The notes under the pieces were generated by a model. The model saw nothing but the letters and a program-made list of their open reading frames with translations. It was not told the origin of the DNA and ran no database searches. From assembly GCA_951804945.1 (NCBI GenBank), contig OX638161.1, positions 26,598,001-26,662,000 on the forward strand: a stretch of DNA of 64,000 nucleotides, given 5' to 3'. Each line of letters begins with the position of its first letter. The stretch's first letter is position 1. Positions 48,845 through 60,680 of the stretch are shown piece by piece. The position numbers and the translations under genes were made by a program. The DNA comes from Podarcis cretensis. Taxonomy: Eukaryota.

Positions 48845-49670
48845 GAGATTGTAGAGTTGAGAGGGTCCCGAGGGTCATCTAGTCCAGCCCCCTGCGTTGC
48901 AGGAATCGCACCTAAAGAATCTCCGCCAGAAGATCATCAAACCTCTGTTTAAAAAACTCCCAGTGAAGGAGAGTCCATCACCTTCTGAGGTAGCCCATTT
49001 CGCCCTTGAACAGCTCTTATCATCAGAAAGTTATTCGTGATGTTCAGTCAAAATATTCTTTCTTGGGATTTGAATCCATTGGAACAGGAGAAACAAACTT
49101 GTTCCATCTTCCACGTGGCAGCCCTTCAGATATTTGAAGATGGCACTCATGTCTCCTCTCAGTTTCCTCGTTCCCAGGCTAAACATACCCAATTCTCTCA
49201 ACTGTTCCTCATAAGGCTTGGTTTCCAGACCCTTGCTCATCTTGGTTGCCCTCCTCTGCACACGTTCCAGCTTGTCAATACAGTGGCAGCTCGGGTTAAG
49301 TACTTAATTTGTTCTGGAGATCTGTTCTTAACCTGAAACCTGTTCTTAACCTGAAGTACCACTTTAGCTAATGGGGCCTCCTGTTGCCGCTGTGCTGCCG
49401 CTGCACAATTTCTGTTCTCATCCTGAAGCAAAGTTCTTAACCCGAGGTACTATTTCTGGGTTAGCGGAGTCTGTAACCTGAAGTGTCTGTAACCTGAAGT
49501 GTGTGTAACCCGAGGTACCACTGTATCCTTCTTAAATTGTGGTGCCCAGAACTGAACACAGCATTTCATGTATGGTCTGACCAAAGCAGAATAGAGTGGT
49601 CTCAGGACATTTCTGTTGATGCAGCCTAGAATAGTATTAGCTGTTTTTGCTGTGGCATCACACGGTTGAC
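48845..49670 (-). mobile_element. CR1 LINE 3' fragment, interrupted by a family A MITE (49281-49523)
   Basis: [27 protein letters not shown]...[15 protein letters not shown]. Confidence 0.85.
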
Positions 49671-51959
49671 AGTGACAGAAAGGTTCTATTACACACTTCC
49701 CATGCCATTCACATATAAAGTTTGTAGTGGATGGACTTACTTTGACAGAGCATGAGGAACCTTCTGTGCAGTGATACCAAATATTACTGTTGGGCAGGCA
49801 CCCTTGCTATAATATTTTAGAGGCCCACAAAAAAGTTTATTTCAGCAAGCCTATCCAGACACATAATTTATATAGCTATTTTAAAGAGTCGCTGATTTTA
49901 TCTGTATTTTTAATTGATATACCACATTGTTGTTTTTGAGTTTTAGATGGAGCTGTTTATGTTTTTTCTCCAACTATACATGAATAAAAATCAGAACTGG
50001 GAAGGGAGAAAGATTCTCCCCTCCCTGCCCCCACTGCTTTATATGTGAATTGGGCAGTCATGTGATTAATAGTCTTGTGGCATCTGGCTTGGCCCTCAGT
50101 TACTGTAGGTCAGGGAGTAGTTGTTGAACTACGATACTCCGCAGACATCTGAGATCAGCACCTCGCTCCCTTGCGTCATAGGCAAACCCCAATGTAATCC
50201 CGACCATCCTTGGCCATATACTCTTCTTGCCACCAGGTGGCAGTAGAAGCTGCAAAATCCACCCCAGGAACACGCTCAATGTCTAGGTAATTGAGAGGGT
50301 CTCTAGCAGGTGCAGGGGGACCTGAACTACAACTCCCGCCAGAAAGATAGTCAAAAGCCAGGGAAGATGGGAGTTGTAGTTCAGCAACATCAGGTCCACC
50401 AAAGATTCTTCACCCACCAACTGGGATATAACAATGGAGTCTGCACTGCACTTTGCTGCTGCACAGACTTGCAAGGGTTAAAGGTAGTTTCTTTGCAACA
50501 AGCTTGGCTTGCAAAAGCTGTTCTTTTAACGGGGTAGGTTGGTTTAAAAAGTTTCTCTTTGGGTGGGGCGGGTGGAAGCAACAAGAGTCCTCTAAAAAGT
50601 TGCACGATTCCTGCAGCATGAGCTATTTATAGGCAATAACATGACCTCCCGCCCCAGTTGGAAGTCACTGCACTGCTAGATGATCCATTCTGAGTCTGTT
50701 CCACGTGTTTTTAAAGCAGCTAGAAGTTAACAAACTCATTCCCGGAGAAAAAAAATAAGTAGAAATACAATCCGCGATAGAGTCGTCATGCTGTTCTATG
50801 TGTGGCCACCAGATGTCAGTGCAGCCTGCATGTTAAGGAGGGTGGGGGATGTGCCTATGGAAACCAGGCTGTACCATGGACAGCTCACCATCTAGGGGTG
50901 CAATAGGACAAGGAATGCATTTAGTAAGCTACACCTACGGGACTCAAGCGAGCAGACTTTCTCAGAGCCAAACAAGACCAGTCAATGGTCTAATAATTCC
51001 GTTTCAAAGCAGCTGTTGGAGGAACTCGCGTTGCATCGCACCCTCTCCCCTAAATCGTACCCTCTTCCCCCCAAAGATTTGCCTTCTGCAACGGAACAGC
51101 ACAGAGAGGGAAGGGAAGATCCAATTTGGGTGGCTACTCCCCCCAGTTGTTTTTTAAATGATAAAAAGTAAGTTAAAACAGACAGGACTTCCGATCCTGA
51201 GTTGCTTTATTGGTGCTTCAGACATCTAAAAAGTCCATGTCCTCTCCCTGAAACCAGCCCAGCCCCTACTGAGACCTGGTTAGTTCTGGCTGGGCAGTTG
51301 CAGGATCCCGGAGGTCCCTGCGAATGATGCACTCTTTGCCTGCAAGGAGTGAAGAATGAAAATGGAATTCTCTTACTCTCTCTCTCATGTACCAGCACTC
51401 GCCACAGCCAGGCAGCTGCAAAGGCACTTTAATTCACCCCCCCAACAAGGTACTCTGAACAGATGAGGTGCCCCTGTCCTTTACACTCTTAGTAGACTCA
51501 GGCAGCTGGGTCCAGGAATCGCAATTTCAATTCCCCACAGTGGCTGCACGGTCACATCACTGCAGGCATTATGGGAAATGAAAATGGCAGCTCCCAGGCC
51601 AGGCTGCCTGCTGCTGATTGGAGCCCCGCTGCCGCTTTGCTGCCTGCCGCTGCCTTGTTAGGCTCAGCCATGTGGGAAGGGGACCAGCAATGTAAGAAGG
51701 GGCTCACTAGAAGACACTTTGCTGAGGGCTCCCTCAAACCCACGGCCGGTTTCTGCTGCCTCCGATCATCTTGACATACCCTCCAACACTTCTCCGATGA
51801 AAATAGGGATGTCCCATTCCATAAGGATAATTTCACTATTTATACCCCACACATCTTACTGGGTTGCCTCCGCCGCTCTGGGCAGCTTGCAACATATATA
51901 AAAACGTGATAAAACATTAAAGAATCAGAAGAATCTTTATTTGCATCAGCCACTAGCCA

Positions 51960-52270
51960 TAGCAATAAAATAAAATAAAATAAAATAAAATGTACTGAAG
52001 ATAAGAGTTAAAAACTTAACTATAGAAAATACATTTGGGGGGGTTTACATCCATAATCAAATAACAAATCTTATTCTAATTGGCCCTGCTAAAAACCTTG
52101 CAGTTTTTGCTGTCACCTGATCATCTTGATCTGCTAAAAGAAAGGAAACAGTAGCAATGGTTGAGCGACCTGGAATGGACAATAACAGGGGGGTAATAAC
52201 CTCACTCCTCAAAACTTTATAAAGACTGCAAACCAGAAGCACATGAGCCACTGACTCAATACTGTATAAA
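51960..52270 (-). mobile_element. Non-LTR retrotransposon 3' fragment (clade unresolved)
   Basis: ESVAHVLLVCSLYKVLR (H/C knuckle-like) plus (TAAAA)n tail. Confidence 0.5.
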
Positions 52271-55200
52271 ACATTAAACATTTTTTTAAAAACTTCCTAA
52301 TATAGCATTGCCTTCAGATGGTTCGGGGGTCAGATAACTCTATCCGCTCCAACTTTTCTCCAATGAAAATAGGGACGTCCTAAGGAAAAGTGGGACATTC
52401 CGGAATCAAATCAGAAACTGGGGCGTCCTCTATAAATCAGGGATGTCCCTGGAAAATAGGGACACTTGGAGGGTCTATCTTGAGTGCTTTGTGCAAAGTA
52501 AGCATGGCAGTGGGTCGTCTTTGGCTACTCTTAAGGCACTTAGAAATGCCTGATGTTGCCCAGAGCTGACCCAAGCTGTGAACATATGAATGTTGGATGC
52601 TGCTTTATAGCAAGTCCAAAGAACATTGGTCTATCTAGATCAGTATTGTCAGCACTGACTGGCAGCAGCTCTCCAGGGTTTCAGACTGGAGGTCTCTCTC
52701 CCAGTCCTACCTGGAGATGCTGGGGAACCAGGAACCTTCTGCATTCAAGGCTGGCGGTCCATCCACCGAGCCACAACCTTCTCCCAGTTTCATATTTGGT
52801 TACAAAGCAGCTTTGGCTGCAAGCCCTGGGGTGTTCCCTGCTCTATACAGCTTTCTGCTAAGGATCCTGGACATAAAGGTCAAGGAGGAGGTTGGAGGCC
52901 ATTGCCAGCAGGAAGGTGATGGTGGCCGTGCTTGCTAATTTGGCACCGGAGACAAGGTTCTTGCACCTGAGATGGGTGACGAAGAGCTGGGGCACTCTCT
53001 GCATCTCTGAGTCAATATTTTAATTGGCAGCTGGTGCCTCTGAGTCAAAGCTTTGGCATTGGACCTATTGCTAGGAAAGCGCCAAGAGTGTTTGCAGAGC
53101 TTGGCCTGGCGCTGCTTGCCCGCCCTCTCAGAGCCAGCCGTTTGCAGAAGCCAGGGAGCCTCCAGTTGCTCAGGTAAACAACGGACAGAGGGCCTAAACT
53201 GCAACTTGGAAACACCATTGAGTAAATCAGAACTGCAGAGAGAGACTGTCATGGGGGCTGAATTTGGGATCTTCTGCATGCAAGGCAGATGGTGTGCCAC
53301 TGAGTCACAGCCCTTCTAGCCTTTTCTATAGATTGTTGCTGCCGTCCCCATTTAGTCCCCATGGAAGCAGAATCCCTAGGATGCCTGCAAGGATCCTGGG
53401 ATGTGTAGTTTACTGCCCACAGTGCCCCCAACAAACTACAATTCCCAGAATTCTATGGAGGAAGCCATGTGCATTAGGTGCAATTTAAATGCGGGGTGTG
53501 GATGTGGCCTCATAGAAAGCTGCCCTATACTGAGTCAGGCTGTGGAGCTGAGAATTGTCTTTATGGTGACTGGCAGTGGTTCTTCAGGTTTCAGGCAGGT
53601 TCAGCATTTTCTGCCCGACCTGGAGATGTTGAGGATTGAACCTGGGACCTTCTGTATTCAAAGCAGATGCTCTTCCACTGAGCTATGGCCCTCCCCAAAT
53701 TTCTGCAGCAAGGAGGCAAGGGAAACACAGCCCAGAACACATATGAAACTTTCAGATGCAAAGCATGCAATCTGGTCACCCTCCTCTCTGGAAGTCCCGG
53801 GAGTCAGCTGCTCCTCAGATGCTGTGGAAATCTCACACTTTACAGCTGGTGCACATGAAGCTCTTGGTCAACCTCGGGCTCTGCGTGCTTCTTCAGGCTG
53901 GCTTCCTGTTGCCCCTCCAAAACCTGGAGAAGCCAGAAATCAGACGGCTGATTGCAGCAGCAGACTGAATGGCAGTATCACGTAGAGGGTTGCCAGGCCT
54001 CTGGGCTTGACCTGAAGTGGATGAGTGGTAGGTGGGTCTCCAGGCCAGAGATAGGGCCTTTAATCATAATGACAAAATTATTAGGAAGGCTCGCAAGCTT
54101 CACCCTGGCAGGAGACGGCTGCAAACTTGGGAGGGTGTGTCTGTTTGTCTGCCCTCCTCTGCTCCCCTCTCAGCCTCCGGGGTCCATCCCATGACATCAC
54201 CAGGGGCTACCCCTAGCTCTCAGGTTTGGACCCTAAGTATCTGGCATGCTGCTGACCTGGCAACCCTAGTTGTGTAGGCCCCAGGAAACACAAAGCAACT
54301 CACCCACCCTGCTTGCTTGCTAACCCCTTGCTGTGTAGTGGGCTGACTCAAAAGCCAATAAAATCACTGCCAGGGGTAGAAAGATAGGGGGGAAAAAGTT
54401 TATTTCAAGCTTAAGCGATAAAGAGGCACAGAGAGTTAACACTCCCAAGATTCTGCGCACCACGCAAAGGCACAAAAGCTCAATTTCGTCTGCAAAAGTT
54501 TCATGAGAACAGCACATGTTATGACTATGCATAAGCAACATGAGGCACCATCAGCACATATGCACATTTCCATTGGTTACAGAAGCATGATCCTATTTGC
54601 ATTTGCAACACCATGGCAGTGTTAAAGCAAAGTTGCAATTTTAGCTTGGTTTGCTGTCCGTATCAGCTAGCTGCGCAGTTGGAGCAGATTATTCCCACAA
54701 TGCGAGGATTGATTTGCGGCCTGAGGCAGTGGTGCTTCTGAACATGAGCAGAGTGTTCTTGCGCTCGGCTCCTGCTTTTGGGTTTTCACTGGTTGGCCAC
54801 GGTGACAACAGGATGTTGGACTAGGCCCAATCTAGCAGGCCCTTTTTGTGTTATTATGCTCTTAGTTTTCGTTTCCAAAATTCCTTAACAAAGCCCACAA
54901 TACCATTTCACACCAGGGACATCAAGTGCTATCTATGAAAAACATGGGGTGGGAGGAAAAAACAGGCTGCAAAGCCTTCTTCAGCAGACTCTTGGTGAGC
55001 TGCGCGCATTTCTCCTCAGACGCCGGGCGGGACTGGTGTTTGCACACACAAGAGCTAGCAAAAAGGGAGTGTCTGGCATGCTGCCACTATTTGCCCCTGA
55101 GGGGGGAAAATGCTGTGTGGGTGGGAGCCAAGTTTTCTTCCCTTCCTCCTCGGCAGCCAGGCCCGGCAGGGATGGTGAAGAACTCAACTCATCTTGCATG

Positions 55201-56292
55201 TTAAGGCAGACACCCTTTGTTTCTGCCTGGATCATGCCAAACTGGAGCAAAGGCGAATCAAAGAGGAGGCCTCTGTGTGAGGCAAAAAAAAGTCCAGTCA
55301 TTTGAACGACCATGTTTTGCTTACTCCAGCCTGTTTGTCCAGAGGGGCCAAAAGAGCTTGGAAAGTCCTTTTGGCCTCGTTCCCCTTTCCCTTCTCCTCA
55401 GAGAGAGAAGGAGGACTAGTTGGTGTTAATGGAGCTATCTGAGCTGTGCCCATTAATTTCAGTGGGTCTCCTCTGAGTAGGGCTTTGCAGGAGACAACCC
55501 CGGCCCTGGCAAAGGGAAGCTGCTGAGAAGCTTCCTCATCAGCAGATGCCGAGGCCAAGATATGGAAAGGGTTCAGCTGACCATTTCATAAATTTAGGAA
55601 TGTGGGAAGTTGGCTTACACTGAGTCAGGCCATTGGCTCTTCTAGTGCAGCGTTTCCTGCACCAGGGCCCTTTGACCCTGGCCTCCTGGTGGTGTTGTCT
55701 CCAGCTCCCATGATCTTCAGCCAGCTCATAGCCAGGGGTTGGAAAGTTGTGGTTGGACAACATCTGGGGACCCTAGGTTGAAGAGCACAGATCTACACTG
55801 ACTGGCAATTGCTCTCCAGGGTTTCAGGCAAGGGACAATCCCAGATCCTGGGGGCTGGACCTGGGACCTCCTGCCTGCAAAACAGATGCTCTACCACTGA
55901 GCTATGACCCTTCTTCTCCTTAGCAGGGCAGCATCTTTAGTTCTTTCTCAATTTTACTCCAAGGAGAGGGTGATTCTGCCTCCTGGAATGGGAGGTAGGA
56001 AGCCCCAGACATAGGGATCAGGGCCAGGCTGATGTATTATAGCCCTTCTGGCAACAAGGTGTGGTGGCCAGGAGTAAAATAAAATAAAATAATTAAAATA
56101 GATGCATCCATCCAAGGTATCTGCAGAGCAGAGGGAGGCAGACCATGGACTGTGAGGATGATCTACGTTGGGTCACTGGGCATTTGGCAGTTGTCCTTTG
56201 TGGGCTAGTGGGAACCAGTCCTCTTTTGCAAAATGGCACCTTGCATCAGATGGTTCCAGAAGAGCCTGCAACTGTCCCAGCTCTATCTACCA

Positions 56293-56361
56293 GCATTGCA
56301 CTGCATTCTGGAATCTGCATTGCACTGCATTCTGGAATCTGTATTGCACTGCATTCTGGAA
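56293..56361 (+). repeat. 24-bp tandem repeat, about 2.9 copies
   Basis: GCATTGCACTGCATTCTGGAATCT units. Confidence 0.85.
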
Positions 56362-58450
56362 GGCAACCCCTGAAAGAGTGTCAACGTTACCCAGAACGAG
56401 TGGGGCAGCGCTGCTCTCTCCCCTCACCACAATCTGCAAGACGCAGAGAAGGAGAGGCAAGCCAGAATCTGAGCTCTTCCTTCTGGAGGGATGGGACAGA
56501 AGGGAGGCACAATTTGGTGGTGGTACAGATTTTCACAGGCACTTGGTAGTGCACCGAGGCACAACTGAGAACGGATTCTAACGAGACTTACAAAAAACAA
56601 GTCAGCATGCTGTTTGGAGATTCAGCAACTATCAGAGAAGAGAGGAGCCACGGGAGATAAGAACAGCTGCAGGAAAGAGGCCTTCTTCTCACGGAGGTGG
56701 TGTTCCTCACTTGATTGCTCCTCCATACAAAAGAACAAATAAAAAACCATTCGATAAATCCACGCACCTAGAAATCTAGCAAGTTAGGGAGGAAGGTCCC
56801 AACATTCCATCCCCAGCAAGCTAGCTTTCTATTTGCAGGGGGAGGGTCTACGGGAGAGAATTCAGTCATGCGAGCTTTCACATGCAGCAGTACAGGCTAG
56901 AAAATGGTAGCTACGCCCCCCCCCCCCCCGTGACCTCCAGGTTTCATGTGGCAAAGCCAGAACTGCAAAGCAAGCCTTTGGTAGCCAAAGCAAGCCAAGG
57001 CAGCCTTTCTCACCAACTGCCAGAGCAGGAGGTCATTTTCCCAAACGAGGGCAGTGCATTTTAGCTGAAAACAGGCAGCCACTGGTTTTCAGCTGACGCT
57101 TCTGTTTTCTTGTTGGCCAACGCCCTGGCCTAGTCACTGATTAATGGGAAGAGCTGGGTGCTCTCTCTGGAGACGATTCTGGGGCTCTGCCCAGGGCGTT
57201 CCTCCCCTTTCAGGCCTTGCCAAGGTGGCTAAGCAGGTGGGGAGGAATGTTTGCATAACCTGAGCTGCCTGCCGCACCCTTCGAGGGAACAGGCCATACT
57301 TTTAACCATATAAGGAAGCAAATTGCAGCGTGCATGTTTTTGCAAGAGCTGTGGGTGGCCTAACTCTGTTGACTGATCATGTTTTGCCAGGGAAATGAGG
57401 CTGGGGTCTGGGGAGGCTGGGTGGGGGGAGATTGCCATGTTTGTGGGCACCTCACCAAGGTGGTTCCCTAGTCAGTATGGTCCCGCAGTTGTGGATTTAC
57501 CTGGAAGCAGCCACTTGGTCTAGGAAGCTGCCCGCCATATTCAATTCCCACAATGTTCTGGTGCAATGCTACTCTGGGGCATTGTGGGAAATTTAAAATG
57601 GCAGGAGGCTTCCCAGATTTTGGCTGCTTTCACCACAGCCATGAGGGTAGGTCGGGATCGATGCTGCTGAGGCCCGAGTGTGCTGGCCACTGTGAAAGCA
57701 CCAGCCTAGTCTGTGCCCCAGGGAACCATGCTTTTGGTAGTGTCCAGAGAAGGCAGGGGAAACATGGACAGCTTGGGCTTCTGAAAGCTGAGACTGGAAT
57801 GGGAAGATGGTGGAGGAAGGTGCAAGAAGTCACTGATGGCATTGCTTGCTTCTGCAACAGCCGAGCTAAGTCTCTCCCTTTTTGCAATCTAAATTAGGTG
57901 CAATCCACTCCGTACGTTCAAAGTGTCCTTATGCATTTTTAGCAGCAGAGGAGAATCTTGGAAACTGTAGTTTGTGAAGGGCACTGACCTCACAGTGCTG
58001 CAATTCTCTATACCTTTGGCAAGCTACAGTTGTTGGGACTGCAAAACCCATCGGCCTCAGCCAGCATGGCCGGTGGTCAGGGATAATGGAAGCTGCAGGA
58101 CAGGAAAATCCGGCGGGGGCAGCACTGGGTTGGTGAAGATTGTTCTACAGCATCTTCTTATTCACTCTCATGATACCTCCGTAAGGATAACAATGACAGT
58201 GAACTGGTGACAGATGAACTATGCTTTGTTTGGAAAAACTGATTTCCAATAAGTGCCCCCCCCCTTATTTCCATAACAAGTCCTTGAGTCTGTACTCTGA
58301 ATAGTGACACCAGGGATCTAGGAGGTGCAGGGCTTGTCAGTCCAACCCCTGCACAGTCTCATCAGGGCTGACCTTAAGACAATTGGAGCAATTGGGCCAA
58401 ATTGGGCCCCGTGGGCTGCTCCTAAGGGGGCCCCTGCACCAGGGCAATTT

Positions 58451-58940
58451 GTTGTTGTTTAGTCGTTTAGTCATGTCCGACTCTTCGTGACCCCATGGAC
58501 CAGGGCACGCCAGGCACTTCTGTCTTCCACTGCCTCCTGCACTTTGGTCAAACTCATGCTGGTAGCTTCGAGAACACTATCCAACCATCTCATCCTCTGT
58601 CGTCCCCTTCTCCTTGTGCTCTCCATCTTTCCCAACATCAGGGTCTTTTCCAGGGAGTCTTCTCTTCTCATGAGGTGGCCAAAGTACTGGAGTCTCAGCT
58701 TCATGATCTGTCCTTCCAGTGAGCACTCAGGGCTGATTTCCTTAAGAATGGATAGATCCCCTTCATGGATCACTGCCTTGCCGTGGCGAAGGGGCTTGAA
58801 TAACTCAGAGAAGCTATGAACTATGCCGAGCAGGGCACCCAAGATGAACAGGTCATAGTGGAGAGTTTTGACCAAACGTGATCCACCTGGAGGAGGAACC
58901 GGCAAGCCACTCCAGTATCCCTGCCAAGAAAACTCCTTGG
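58451..58940 (-). mobile_element. BovB insertion with an inverted 5' segment
   Basis: 3' end on the minus strand (58451-58756), 5' end on the plus strand (58757-58940), perfect 13-bp TSD ACCAGGGCAATTT. Confidence 0.88.
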
Positions 58941-60424
58941 ACCAGGGCAATTTAGATGGATTTTATTTATATCAATAAGATTTTGCAGATTTTGGTTGTG
59001 AACTGGGGCCCTACAAAAAAATAATAATTCAAGTTGCACCCCACTGCTTCAAATTGGGCCCCACTGGCTAGCCCTGAGTCTAATAGTTGCTGGGCCTGAG
59101 TTGCCCTGCCCTTGCATGAAGGCTTGGGTTTGCAATGTTGGGAGAGGGGAGACTGTGGCACCGGGGAGAGGGCAGGCTGGTGAGGCCCCCTGGACTTAGA
59201 GGCTCGAGTTGCCCTGCCCTCACATGAAGTCTTGGGTTTGTAATTTTAGGAGAGGGGAGACTGCCTGCTGGGGAGCGTGAGGGCTGGCGAGGCCCCTAGA
59301 TTTAGAGGCCCTAGGCTTCAGCCTACTTAGCCTATACATAAATCCGGTATTTCCAACACGCCCAGGCCCAAAGAACGAGAGGGAGTTTCCATGGGCTGTT
59401 GCCAAGTTCCCAGGTTTGCAGTGTGAGTCACACAGCTCCTGGCATCTCTCAGCATTGTGGCCCAACAAAAGATTTGGGAAGAGGCCCAGTGAGACCCATG
59501 TATCTTTGGTTTCTCTTGTTATGCATTTGCAGCATTTTCTGGAACCCAAAGAGGGGCTTTCATAAGGCTTGCGTTTCCGACCTCCTCCTGCAATTTTATT
59601 TTTCCTGGGCACGTCCCCTTCTTGGGCAAAACCACCACCATTTTGGGCTTAGATGAATGAGATCTCCCTGTGCTTAGAAACAATAGATTCTCTGTGTCTT
59701 CCTTTCCTCTGCTGGCTACCTCAGTGGAGTGCAATTGAAGTGCTCAGTAATCTTATCTTGAATGTTCCCCACCATTTGACATTAAGCTAACTTAAGCTCC
59801 TTCCTCCCATTCAGTTCCTTTCTCCAAAAGGTCTTCTTCTGGGTCTCCCAGATGATGAAGTGCAACGTTTTGGAAGCTGCAGGGTTTTTTTTGTTTTGTT
59901 TTCCCAGGGCACAATGAAATCTCATCTTAAGGGAGGGCTCTTACAGATGCAGGGAGCTCACCTCCCTTTTCCACCTCACCAGACCAGAGAAGGCCAAAGT
60001 TCTTCTGGCTGGAGATCTGGATTATTCCTGAGCTGAACTGCACAGGGGCTGGAGGCCACCCTGTGAGACTGTCGCCCACCCAGCCCCATTCTTGCACTCC
60101 TCTTAGGCTGCTTCTTCTTAAGCAAAATCTTCAGGGAGCAGCCCCAAGTCCAGGTCAAAAGCAGGACACAAAGTGCTACTTCTCACCTGGAAGAAGGTGC
60201 ACCATGTAGGCTTGCCACACGCCAGGGAAAAACCTGACATGTCCTTGTTTTCGGGGGAAATGGTGTCTGGGGTGGGTGGGGATGTCATGGGGAAAATGGA
60301 TGTACGGCAATGCAATGGAAAAAGTAGTGGAAACTACTCCAGTTTTTTTTTTTTGGTTTGTTCCCCAAAAAGCTCAACAGGAATTTTACTTTTTGAAATA
60401 TGGCAACCCTAGCATGATCTAGGT

Positions 60425-60680
60425 CATGGGTCAGCAATCTTTTTCAGCAGGTGGCTGGTCCGCTGTCTCTCAGACCTTATGGGGGACCAGACTATATTTT
60501 TTTTTTGGGGGGGGGGAAGAATGAATTCCTATGCCCCACAATTAACCCAGAGATGCATTTTAAATAAAAGGACACATTCTACTCATGTAAAAACACGCTG
60601 ATTCCCAGACTGTCTGCAGGCTGAATTGAGAAGGCGATTGGGCCACATCCAGGCCCCAGGCCTTAGTTTGCCTACCCCTG
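60425..60680. mobile_element. hAT-type MITE
   Basis: 8-bp TSD ATCTAGGT; same family as 4587-4837. Confidence 0.87.

Noticed and set aside
56293-56361. Regularly spaced 24-bp repeat as a CRISPR-like array or coding repeat
   Set aside because: No spacers; a simple tandem repeat in a vertebrate genome.
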